A DNA stretch of 63,306 nucleotides, filler included, from Cercozoa sp. M6MM (Eukaryota > Protista > Endomyxa: Ascetosporea), in NCBI GenBank assembly GCA_040357565.1. It is 7 parts of 7 records of this genome, joined end to end, with 100 filler letters (N's around TTAATTAATTAA, not from the genome) between each part and the next. Parts side by side here need not be neighbours in the genome. Positions count along the whole stretch, not along the records: positions 44,868 to 48,938 come from JBDODJ010001230.1; positions 49,039 to 61,633 come from JBDODJ010000374.1; 5 more parts are not named here. One strand, given 5' to 3'. The notes under the pieces were generated by a model that saw nothing but the letters and a program-made list of their open reading frames with translations, ran no database searches and had not been told where the DNA came from. Shown here one piece after another: positions 46,147-57,800 of the stretch; positions within the stretch are counted from its first letter, which is position 1, and each line of letters opens with the position of its first letter. The position numbers and the translations under genes are program-made.

Positions 46147-48862
46147 TCACAATCCAGGGGGCCGCGCAGCCCACACTTTCACGTCGCTCGAAAATGCAGC
46201 AAAGTTTTTAGTGAAGCGATCCTGCGCTGCTGTCGACAGCGTGGGTGGCACGCCCTCCAACAGCTCCGCGAGTGCCTCTTGCATCCGCTGCTTGAGTGGA
46301 GGAGGTTGCGCAGCCAACAGCACCTCGTGTAACAGTTCTGTCAGAAAGAAAAAGCAAATACGCCAAATGAAACCAGGTGAAAAATCAAGCGAGTTTACGC
46401 TGACCAAACGAAGCAGAAAGCAGGAGCAATGGGAGCAGCGGTCTTGACAAGGCAAAACTCCGTGTGCTGCCATCGAACACCACCTGCGACACCATTGACA
46501 GTCAGAAGTTTTTAACAGTGTCAAACAGGGCAAATTCAAGGCAAAATGGTACCCGTGTGACGAGAATGACCGAACCGAGCGGGAAGTACGACGGGCAATG
46601 CCGTGTCAGCACGCTGATAACTTGGTCCACAACCTGTGACTGCGGCTGCAATCCTCGCGCTGCTTTCCTTCTTTGTTCTTCCATCTGACACTCGGGTATC
46701 CCATTTTCTTCCACAACAAACAACAGAAACTCCTCACGAAACACACCTGGTTGCACAGAAAGGTGCTGAAATTAAACAACGCGTTGGCAGCCGCAGCGGC
46801 ACATTGACCTGCAAATACAAATCTCAGCACGCGCGTGCGTGTGGGGGATGGGATGGGATGGGTAGGTGTGGCGCAAGCATAGTATAAGAACAACAATACC
46901 ATCGGAATGCTGCACACCGTCCAACAAGGCAGCACACAAACAGAGTAGACTCTTTTCGTCCAAGGACTGTCACACAACAAAAACAAAAATACAACCCAAC
47001 CAGAACACATATCACAGAGCTTGACGCTACAGAGAGAACAGTCGACGCGTGGTTTCGCAGGAGCACTTCGATCAGCGCCAATAGTTCTGCACAAATTGAT
47101 GTTTTGTCGCTGGATGATGAGTGCTCAGTCCATAGAGCTTACCTTTCGTAGCCGCGCCGCGAGAAACTGGAGTATCCACAATCACCGACTTGCTGTTTCA
47201 AGCAACAAAGTCTTCGTAAACATACAAAGAAAGCAAGCATACACACTTCGCGTGTTGTACTGTACCCTTGTGTGGCATAGACTCCAATGTCGGCATCCAA
47301 AGCGGCAAGTGTCGACTGAAGAATCGTCTTTAACACCGTGTCGAACGTGGCGTCGTTGAAGAAGCGATAGGCACCCGCATGTGCAAGCTACAAGTCAGTG
47401 TCATTGCTTTAATCTGATTGGCACAAGTTATTACCCTGGCCGACAGTGCACGTTTCAACAAACAAGCCGAGATTTCGGCCCAGTCTTCGTTCTCGTACTT
47501 TCCTGCAGAGGCAGCATGGCGAAAATGGCGATCAACGCACTCCACTACCACCAACAGGTACCAAAGCAGATTACCTCTTTGATGGAGTATTTGCAGCATG
47601 CGCGACACAAGCGAGAACAAACGGAAACTCTCATCAGACGAGTCACCGAAAATCACACGATTCTGCCGGTCCAGAACAAGCTCACCGACAAACGACGTCG
47701 CGCACTGCACCTGAGCAGATACCACTGTGAATCCTTGAGTCCCGTTACGGACTCAACTAGTGTGCGTGCCAGTACCTGCTGTTGCGCAGCAGCGGTGTTT
47801 AAGTGCGAGGCAGACGAAGCGACCAACAACGGCAGCGATCGCTGCCACGGCGTCAAGAACGCCCAGAAACGGAGGAACGATGGACGGGTCCGGCAGTGAC
47901 TCGCGAAGGCTTCGAGGTCCTGCAGTAGCGTGCACTGCAACAACAAGAAGGACATGCAGACAGACACAAACGCTCCAAAAAGATCTAGTCACCGCTTGTT
48001 TCGCAGCCTCTCCTTCGCTAATCAAAACAGCATTTCACCGCTGAAAAAAAAATAAACGTTCCGCAGAGTACCAATCTCCCAGTTCGGCAGCTCTTTCGCG
48101 GATCATGTCACTTCGCGGATCGATTCTTTGCATGACCTAACAACAGAGTAGTTGTTGTTGGCCAAGCCCGTAGCAACAGTATAGTTTCTACCGTGTCAAA
48201 CAGCGTGTGTAGATTCGCGGGATGTGAGACAACATTCCCCGCGATACGAAACATGTCCTGCTGGCACGGTGCTACAAAAACACAGGGCGTCAAACAAACG
48301 TGCATTCTACAACGTTAAACTACCAAAGAGAGCACATGGCAGCGCACAGATCGCGCCTTGCAGCTGCTGGTTGCTCACCATGTTTTTGCGCAGTGTGTAG
48401 CTAGGTACACACACTTAGAGATACGCCAAACCACGCAGTTTTTGTTAGCAACAACTCACTTATCAAGCAAGGTCAGCAGTAAGCCTGTGCACTTGCGCAG
48501 CACACGTCGTGGCCTGCTAACCTCTGCAAACAACGGCAACGCCTTTGAGATTTTCAACTATACTGTTGTGTCGCTACCGAAATTGGCGACACAGCGACGA
48601 ATGCAGAAGTTGCCAAAAGCTTTGGCACAGTTTTCCTCGTTGCCCAGCAGCTGTGCGCTGCAAAAACAGAGAGAATTCAACCACACAGTAGGTACGTAGA
48701 GACAGTGGTTACAGTTGGCCCTGAAAGAGCTGATCGATGTGTTTGCACGAGACACTGAGAAAGTGGAGAAACTCCCACTCCTCGCACGCACCGAGTCCGG
48801 TCTGCTTGCAGTGCTCGAACAGTGTACTGAGAAACGATGCCGCCGACGGTGATACGCGCACC
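46147..48862 (-). CDS. XPO7: Exportin-7/RanBP17, 5'-partial
   Basis: FVGELVLDRQNRVIFGDSSDESFRLFSLVSR (cf. ELVxNRxQRLxFDxSSPNGILLFR), YRFFNDATFDTVL, FALSRPLLPLLLL, QPPPLKQRMQEALAELLEGVPPTLSTAAQDRFTKNFAAF. Confidence 0.82.
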
Positions 48863-48884
48863 TACAATATGATGACTGACTGCG

Positions 48885-48938
<54 letters not shown>

Positions 48939-49092
48939 NNNNNNNNNNNNNNNNNNNNNNNNNNNNNNNNNNNNNNNNNNNNTTAATTAATTAANNNNNN
49001 NNNNNNNNNNNNNNNNNNNNNNNNNNNNNNNNNNNNNNCCCCCCCCCCCCCCACGTCTTGACCCCCTTACCCCCTCCCCGTTACCTGCCCAG

Positions 49093-49324
49093 GCTGACGA
49101 TGCTGACGCGCGCACTGCACGCGTTCGACAGAGCCGGCTCCGAGGCCTCCGTGAGCGACTTCTTGGTAGGGACCTAGGGGGTTAAGGGAGGGGGTAGGGG
49201 TGGGGGTAAGGGACAAGGGGTAGAGTAAGACTGTTGCGTAGGTCACACTGAACGTGTGCCGCGACTTTGTGCTGGAGCACGTGTCTCCTCTGAGTGACAC
49301 CGTCGATGATCCCGATCGCCGCGT
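49093..49324 (+). CDS. Two exons probably belonging to COG8 but inverted relative to its 5' part
   Basis: AG|..LTMLTRALHAFDRAGSEASVSDFL|GT (49093-49165) and AG|VTLNVCRDFVLEH.. (49242-); phase-compatible with the minus-strand exon ending at 49612. Confidence 0.4.
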
Positions 49325-49611
49325 NNNNNNNNNNNNNNNNNNNNNNNNNNNNNNNNNNNNNNNNNNNNNNNNNNNNNNNNNNNNNNNNNNNNNNNNNNNN
49401 NNNNNNNNNNNNNNNNNNNNNNNNCCCCCCCCCCCCCCACGTCTTGACCCCCTTACCCCCTCCCCGTTACCTGCCCAGGCTGACGATGCTGACGCGCGCA
49501 CTGCACGCGTTCGACAGAGCCGGCTCCGAGGCCTCCGTGAGCGACTTCTTGGTAGGGACCTAGGGGGTTAAGGGAGGGGGTAGGGGTGGGGGTAATAGGG
49601 GGGTATAACAC

Positions 49612-50566
49612 CACAGCGACGTGGCGATCCTGACGGAGCTGCCGGCCAAGTCGCCGCCGTCGTCCTCCTCCTCGTCGCTGTTGTTGTTGTTTTTGTTGTT
49701 GTTTTTGTTGTTGTTGCTTTCGACACTGCGCAGCAACAGCGGCGCCGGCAGCGACGCTAAAAACAACAACGACGCCGGCGCTGTGCATCTGCCTTGCGAC
49801 CTGTCGGGGGGGGGGTAAGCAGTTATTGTACTGAAATCAACAAAACAACAACAACAACAACAACAACAAAAACAAGAACAACAACAACAACAATAACAAA
49901 AACAACAACAAAGAAAAACAACAACAACAAACCACAAAAAACAACAAGAGAAACGGACCAGTGATGACAGAGCTGCGACACGCACTTCATCAACACGGCC
50001 TCCACCTGCCGATGGGGACAAGGGGGTAAGGGGAAGGAAAGGGGAGTAGAAGGGAGTACCCTGTCAGCCAGGCCAGGCTTGTCCAGTCGGCGCAGCACCC
50101 GGACTACCTTGTGCACCTCCTGCAGCGTCTCCCAGTCGCATGCCTGCCACGCCTCCTCCACCATCGCTGGCGTGCTGCACACGGGGGCGGGGTAAAGAGG
50201 GGGTAACACAGGGGGTAAACAGGCGGTAAACAGGGGGTAAACAGGGGGGTAAACACACCGCATCACGCGACGCAGACCGGCGCGGTGCGCGAACACGGCA
50301 TCGGCCCGCCGCCGCCGCCGCAGCGTTTCGCGGATCTCCTCCGCCGGGAAGACAGGTTGCGTCCGCGCGGACAGGCCCTGGGTCGCAGCCCCCTGAAATG
50401 ACACTTCCTCGCGGACCAGTGCAAGCTGCGCGGCCGCCGTGGAGGCCGCCGAGGCCGAGGCGCACAGCTGCGGCGCGTATTTCACGGCATCCACGCGGAG
50501 CTGCTCGCTCAGTTGTTGGGCTTCCGCCGCGTACCGCTGCTCTGTGGCAAGCACAGTTTCCCACAT
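49612..50566 (-). CDS. COG8: Conserved oligomeric Golgi complex subunit 8 (Dor1)-like, 5' part
   Basis: EAQQLSEQLRVDAVKYAPQL...AEEIRETLRRRRRADAVFAHRAGLRR|TPAMVEEAWQACDWETLQEVHKVVRVL resembles the Dor1/COG8 N-terminus (RRxNxxxLxxHxxLxxxLExPxLMxxCV...YEEAL). Confidence 0.55.
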
Positions 50567-50826
50567 GCCACGATCGCTCTAAATGGCGGCCTTTTGCTGC
50601 CAAAACAATGTCTTCTTGCTTCTGGCACGACATTGACGAAAATAAAAGAACCCGCAGGGAGGCTTGCGTAGCATCCAAGTCACTTGAGTGGTGTTGATTT
50701 TATGTGTTTTGGTGTTTCAGCACCATAGCAGGGCACCACACTTATTGTGTTTGTGGATTTGTGCGTTGACTTTGGATCGGCAAAGCAACTCGAGTGAGGA
50801 GGTCACTGATCCGCGCGGAAGCACGA

Positions 50827-52864
50827 ATGCGTCTGCTAACCAGTGACCCCTGCGGTCTGTTGTGTGCGCTCTTTTCGGTGTTCTTGCTGGTGATGGGATG
50901 GTTCGCTGCCGTCCCCACCGCCGCAGTCACTCTCTATGGTAGGTGAAGGCTGCTTTCGCAGAATATTGAGCTCCAATGTGATCATTGTTATGCGTGTTTT
51001 GTAGGCTGGAAATCCATCCACGTCGTTCTGTTTTCGTTGTTTACCTTGTTGGGAATCGTTTCGCACACGCGCTGTCAGGTACGGCTGTGTGTGCGTTGTT
51101 TTCTCTCGTTTTCACTCGCAGTTTGCGCTCTCAGTTGGGCGACCCAGGATTCGTGCCGCTGCACATGAGGCCGCAAGCCAAGGAGCCAGGTTCCCAACCT
51201 CTGTGCCTTGCATATGTTGCATTGGTGTTAGTGTTTGACTCGATCCTCCCCCGCAGAGAAGGAAGAGGAGACCGAGGAGGAGAAGGACTCGAACGACAAC
51301 GACACTGACTCGGAGATTCGCATGCGCAGGAGCGAGGTGTCTTCGTTTGACTTTCTTCTCTGGATGCTTTGAAGGAAGCTCTCTGCGATTCGATTCCAGG
51401 ACGACGTTAAGTCATTGCTGGGCAGTCCTGCCTACCGAACTCGCTCATGTAGCATCACATTATCATGAGTGTAGAAGAGGTTGGAGTACTATGCCCAAAA
51501 ACGCAGTGTCCAAGCCGCCGTTGCCGCCGCCACGAAAGCCGCGCGACCTGTCGGGTGGCTGGGTACTCTACATTCCTGTGCTTTCCAGTCTCACATTCTA
51601 TGCTTTGTGTGTGTGCGTGTGTGTGTGTATGTGTGTTGTGTGTGTGTGTGTGTATATCTGCATGTGTGTACCGTGTGTGTGTGTGTACCTGTGCGTGTGT
51701 GTGTTGTGTGTGCGTTGTGTGTGTATGTGTGTTGTGTGTGTGTGTGTGTATGTGTGTTGTGTGTGTATGTGTGTTGTGTGTGTAGTGTGTTGTGTGTGTA
51801 TGTGTTCAGATGGAGGCGTCCCAGTCCTACCGGCGCAAGTTTCCGCGCGGCACGTGTCGCAAGTGTCTCGGCTCGTACCTTGAGCTGCCTCGCTCTCCCT
51901 TTTGTGTGTCTGTCTGTGTACTCCACCTGTGTTTTGCAGTGTCAAACCGAACCAGACGCATCACTGTTCGACGTGCGGTCGCTGCGTGCACCGCATGGAC
52001 CACCACTGTGCCTTCTTCCATCACACACGCATTCTTTCACACACACACGCGCACATGCCATATATCTCGACTGTACGGGTGCCTAGGTCCTTGGGTCAAC
52101 ACGTGTGTCGGCGCCCTCAATCAGAAATACTTCCTCCAGTTTCTGTACCCTACTTGTGTCTTGTTGTGTATGTCAACATGTATGTGTTTGTGTGTTTGTA
52201 GTGTGTACACGCTGGTGTGCTGTGCATACGCTTCCGTTTTGTTGGTTCGTGTCTTCCTGGGTACCATGTCTGCTTGCTTCCCCAGGGAAAAAGAGGGTGT
52301 GCCTCCCTGCTGACACGTGTGTGTCCCTGTGCCGCAGAGTGTGCCGATGCCCGCACGGCGCAGTGTCTGCGCATTGGTGCCGTCGAGTTGGGTACCCGGT
52401 TAGCTGTGTGTGTATGTGTGTGTGTGTGTGCGTGTGTGTGTGTTTGTGTGTGTGTGTGTGCGCATGTATGTGTGTGAATGTGCGTGTGTGCGTTTGTGCA
52501 GTCGCATTAATCGTGACGTTTGTGGTGGCCGTAATCTTTGGTTTGTTCGTGCTGATCATGCTGTGGGACCAGGTACCTGCTACGCCCTTACCTACCCCCG
52601 TTCGCCTTTGGTATATGGATATGGATTTGTGTTTGTGCAGGCACAGGCCATTGTGGAGAATACTCCCGGAATCGACAGACTTAAGGGCGAGAGAGGTGTG
52701 TGCCTCCTTGCCTTTCCTTGCTTATATGTTTGTGCGTATGTCTGTGTATGTGCTTATACGTATGTGTGTACTACTGCAGGCGCACAGCAGTCGCTGCTGC
52801 AGACACTGCAGGACACTGTGTTTGGCCCGCTCACTTTGGGCACGCTGCATCACTGGTGCCCAGG

Positions 52865-52914
<50 letters not shown>

Positions 52915-52924
52915 NNNNNNNNNN

Positions 52925-52972
<48 letters not shown>

Positions 52973-53094
52973 ATGTGTGCATGTGCATTTGTGCGAGCAG
53001 GCTCCTGCCGACGCGTCCGTGTCCGCAGCTGCGGCGCAAGTGGCAGCAGACCTGCGAGACCTGGCTGCGATCCGTGCTCTATCCTTCCTCCTAG
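50827..53094 (+). CDS. DHHC-type protein S-palmitoyltransferase (ZDHHC3/7-like)
   Basis: [21 protein letters not shown]|[23 protein letters not shown]|[35 protein letters not shown]|LLPT; end may extend to 53251. Confidence 0.93.
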
Positions 53095-53724
53095 CTACCG
53101 ATTTATCTTCCTAACTCTCTTTTTCTCTATTCGCACTAAGTATATGATCTCTTTTTCTCTATTAGCAGGTCCAATCGTCAGCGACGGAGTCGTTGTTGCC
53201 GCAGACTGCGGCACAGGTACACCTGACTTTGACACAAGTGCACGCACCTAGTGGACTAGGTACTTTTCTTAGATTGACGCAGCAACGGAAAAGGCAATGC
53301 ACGTCGACATGGGTGGTAAAATTACGAAACACTGACTACTGACACTCGTGTGAATGTCACTCAATTACACGTCGCAGGCGGTCTGTTGGCGGACGACGAG
53401 TACTACGACGAGTTCGAGGATGCGCTTGACGAACTCGAGTTTGATTTCTAGGTGCGGGAGCTCGACCCGGAGTGCATTGCGTTGGTGTTGGTTTTATCGT
53501 ATTGAAGGAAGGGTTTCTCGAAGCCGGTTCAATCGAAGGCATAGTTTCTTGCGAAAAATACGGAAAAGCCCTCGCTCAAAGATCGTCTGTTCAGAGTGTG
53601 ATAGCTTCTGTACCTTAGGTAGAACCCTACTGCAAGCGATCGAGAAAATTCACACACAACAGGCACTTTCACACCGTCGTCCACGGTTTTCCCGTCCAAT
53701 CTGATCAACCGGTTCAAAAAAACG

Positions 53725-56427
53725 ATGAAACTAATTCTCGCAAGCCTGCTCGGCACAGCTGCTGCTGCCGCTACGGATTACGCCAATCTCGGCTCGGGAA
53801 GCACTTGGAACCCGTACACGACTTCAGCGCCCTCGAATCCGTATGCTGCCTCGTCGACTTCTCCTCCGGTAAAACTTTGGCACCTTATGAGTGCGAGATA
53901 TATCATATGGCTCCCTGTGTGTGAACTGTGTAGACCCCGTCTCCGAGCGGTGGTGGCTACGTGCCGCCCTCGTCGGGCTACCCCGATGGCAAAGACAAGT
54001 CCATCCCGACGGCTTCGCTGGAGGACTTGACGCGTCTGCTGGTATTCCTCAGTGGTTGTTGCCTGTGCTTGCATGTGTTTGCATGTGCGTGTGTTCGCAG
54101 TCGGCGCCTTCGGCAGGTGAAGGCTGTGCTTCCAGCATGCAGCAGGCCTTTAAGTCGGGTGTTCCCGAGTTGGCGCCCAAGATGTGCTCGCACGTCGTGA
54201 GTTACCCATCCGTCACTTTGGGGTACTTTCAAACCAGATGCCGTGTGTGGGTGCCATATGCTAATGCGTGTGTGTGTCTGTGTTGGTGTGCAGACGCCTG
54301 CTGGCCAAGGGTTCGGACTTCAAGGGCACCTTCTGCGGCTTGGCCAACTCGATCGAGAAGATCGTCTCGCTCGTCAAGGAGCTGCCCGACGGCGAGGAGG
54401 AAGAGGAAGAGGAGGTCAAGCTCTGCAAGACCGTGGCCGCTGGCTACCGCACGCCGCTGCCCAAGGGCGCCAAGCTGCTCAACGCCAAGCTGTACGATAA
54501 TGTCCAACCCCCCTACTGTAGTTAATTTACTTGAACGTGTGCAGGCGTTTCTTAGTGTCGGCATCCAAGAAGCGAGGCAAGGGCGGCAACGCGCCCGAGC
54601 TGCCCGAGAAGCTCATCGTCAAGCACGCTTGTGTCGACGACAAGGATCTCAAGCACGTCTTTGACCTGAAGGCCAACCTGTTCGATTTCTTCCGCGGCAT
54701 CTTTGACACCGAGCAACCGTCGACAGAGGATCTCGCCAAGGCTTCTAACTGCGGCGCCGTGCGTTTCTCCCTTTTTCTTTCCTGTGCAACTTTTTGTTTG
54801 GATTAATTGCACAACACACAGTGGAACAAGATCGGCGGCATTCTCGACTCTGGCAAGCTCGGCATGTTCCACCTGAAACGCAAGAGCGAGAACACCACGG
54901 TGTGGCTCCAGCACATTGACGTGACGCGCATGCTCGCCGACGAGGCTGCGATTCACATGGTACTGCAGAATCTACAGTATCACTGCGGGTATACATAGAT
55001 ATAGATATATGTATATATTGGGAATGTAGCACATGGGAGGAGCTCCGATGAACACCGGCTACGGCGGTGCTGCGAGTAACTACGGTGACAGCTACGGGCA
55101 AAGCAATGGCGGCTACGGCCAGTCTTCGGGCAGCTGGCACATGCCGAACAATGGCTACAACACCGGTGGAAGCTGGTACGGCGGCAGCAGCAACAACGGC
55201 TACAACACTGGCGGAGGCTGGTACGGCGGCAGTAACAACGACTACAACACCGGTGGAGGCTGGTACGGCGGCAGTAACAACGGCTACAACACCGGTGGCT
55301 CTATGGGCTACGGAAACGGCTACGACACCAGCTCAATGGGTGGAGGCTACGACAGCGGCGGCTTCTCGTACAGCTCGGACCATAGCAGCAACTACGGCAG
55401 CTCCATGTACGCCGCTCACTTCGGCAACATGTACGGCGACAGCAGTGCCTACGGCAGCGGCAGTAGCCACGGAGGCAGCAGCCACGGAGGCAGCGCGTAT
55501 GGCGACAGCAGCAGCGGCTATGGCGACAGTGGCGATGGCTACGGAGGTAGCAACAACAACGGCTACGGAGGTAGCAACAACCACGGCTACGGCAACACCA
55601 ACAACGGGTACGGCAACAACAATAATGGTTACGGCATCAACAACGGCTATGGCGCCAACAACGGCTACGGCAGCAGCGGAGGCTTCAGCTACGGCTTCAA
55701 CGGTAGCAAAACAACTCGTTCTGTGGACCTTATTACGTATACAAACATATAATTTAGATATATGTATAGTTACTTTAAATTACTATTTTGTCGTGTTGCA
55801 CACTGAACAGGTGGCTACGGCAACACAATGCCGCGTCGCGACGGCTGGCACTTCAACAAGGTACCCCCAGAACTCGCAAACACAGTCACTCTCAATAGCT
55901 ACTATATTCACTCCTGACCGTCGCTGTAGATGTGCTTCTTCGACCTGGGCGTCGTGAACAAGGACGATGACCGCAAGAGTCCGCTTCACGTGACGGTGTC
56001 GCCGTCTGAGCTCGTTCTGACACTGGGCCGTCCCATGACAGCCTCCAAGTACAACTTCCACTACGGTGACAGCTACGGTCAAAGCAATGGCGGCTACGGC
56101 CAGTCTTCGGGCAACTGGTACATGCCGAACAATGGCTACAACACCGGTGGAAGCTGGTACGGCGGCAGCAACAACGGCTACAACACCGGTGGAACCTGGT
56201 ACGGTGGCAACAACGACAGTGGAAACTGGTACGGCGGCAGCAACAACGGCTACAACACTGGCGGAAGCTGGTATGGTGGCAGCAGTGACAACGGCCACAA
56301 CACCGGTGGAAGCTGGTACGGTGGCAACAACAATGGCTACAACACCGGTGGCGCCTCGCATGGCGGCAGCAGCCACGGAGGCACAGGCGGCCACACGCCA
56401 GTGTACGGAACTCCCTCACAGCACTAA
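53725..56427 (+). CDS. Secreted protein with two Gly/Tyr/Asn/Ser/Trp-rich repeat blocks; family not recognised
   Basis: Signal-like MKLILASLLGTAAAA; phase-consistent GT-AG exon chain; repeats NNGYNTGG(S/G/T)WYGGS at ~55150-55300 and ~56130-56350. Confidence 0.8.
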
Positions 56428-56816
56428 CGAATGCCGTGAAACCCGATCACAACCTGCAATGCATCACGCATGAAACATGGCAACCTGAGCGGAAGTTTCC
56501 ACTTCAAGCTGTACGGCACTAATTGAATCCTGAAGCGTTTGAGCAACGCAACTGAACGCAACGCGAGCGCTTCCTCGTCGCAAGCGTATATCTAAGAAAC
56601 TGTCTAACCTCAACTCTTTACGCTCATTTATGAACTACATTACTGGGTTGGAAAAAGGAAAAGTGTAATTTACGCGACGGTACCCTTTTTCCAATCTGAG
56701 TACACACGACACAATACCTTGCCTACCGTACTGTACTGTAGCTACAGTATCGTATGCTACTTTGGGAGTGACGTGGCAGTTCAGTTGCTGTTAGTGCGGC
56801 GAAGCTGAGCGGCAGT

Positions 56817-57710
56817 TCAACATCGCACGGTCTTTGTTAGTTCAACTCCGCGAGCAGCAGCTGCTGCAGAGGAGAGGCGTGGGCGAACAACGATGCGTCG
56901 CACAGGGCACGAAGCGTGTCTAAAATAAAGGACAACTGAAGTTACGTCTAGTACTACATCAGTGTTACCTGCGCGCCGTTGCTTGTGCGCATTCTCGCGG
57001 GCCTCCTCCTGCGCCGTGTGGGTGCGCCGTCGGTGCCCGTGAGGCAACGGTCGTGCCTGCTGCTGCATGCGGTGCAGCATCAGCGTGGTACCACTTTCCA
57101 CCAGCTCACTCACGAAGCGATACAACACTCTCGGTTGCTCTGATACAAGCACGTATATTACCACAAATGCACTACCACAAATGCACATAGCAGTACCTGC
57201 AAACAAAAGCTTCATGCTGCGCGCGCTGTGCTCAGTACTGCCGTCGCCGTCGCCGGCGTCGCTCTTGTGCCTGCCATCTCGGCGTGTCCTGCGCGTGTCG
57301 ATTAGATCCAGCGACACTGGCGACGCCTTGCACATCGCCTTCACCAGAGCGGCTGCGCCACCACACACGCACATACTTCAGTAAACCTTCTGGTACAACA
57401 CACAGGTAGACATGCGACGAAGACGCACCAGCCACCACCACGGCCTGCGGCGACTCCAACAAGCGCCGGTGCACGTACAACGTGCGCGTGCGACGATGCA
57501 GCGCCACCAGCGCCGTCAGCGGACACTCGGCATCCCCCTGCGCCACCTCAGTCCAGTGTGACACCAACAAGAAACAAGGCAGAGCGAGGAGGGACACACC
57601 CGACTGTCGCTTGAGGTAAGGCCCGGGAAGGTGCGCACCACACGCACCTCGCACACGTCGACGCAGGCGCGTTTCAACTCGTTGAACACCGCGCGTGCGA
57701 ACGAAACCTG

Positions 57711-57800
<90 letters not shown>

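Noticed and set aside
55067-55957. Thr/Ala-rich antifreeze- or mucin-like ORF
   Set aside because: Shadow frame of the Gly/Tyr/Asn repeat exon; splice phases support the GYN frame.
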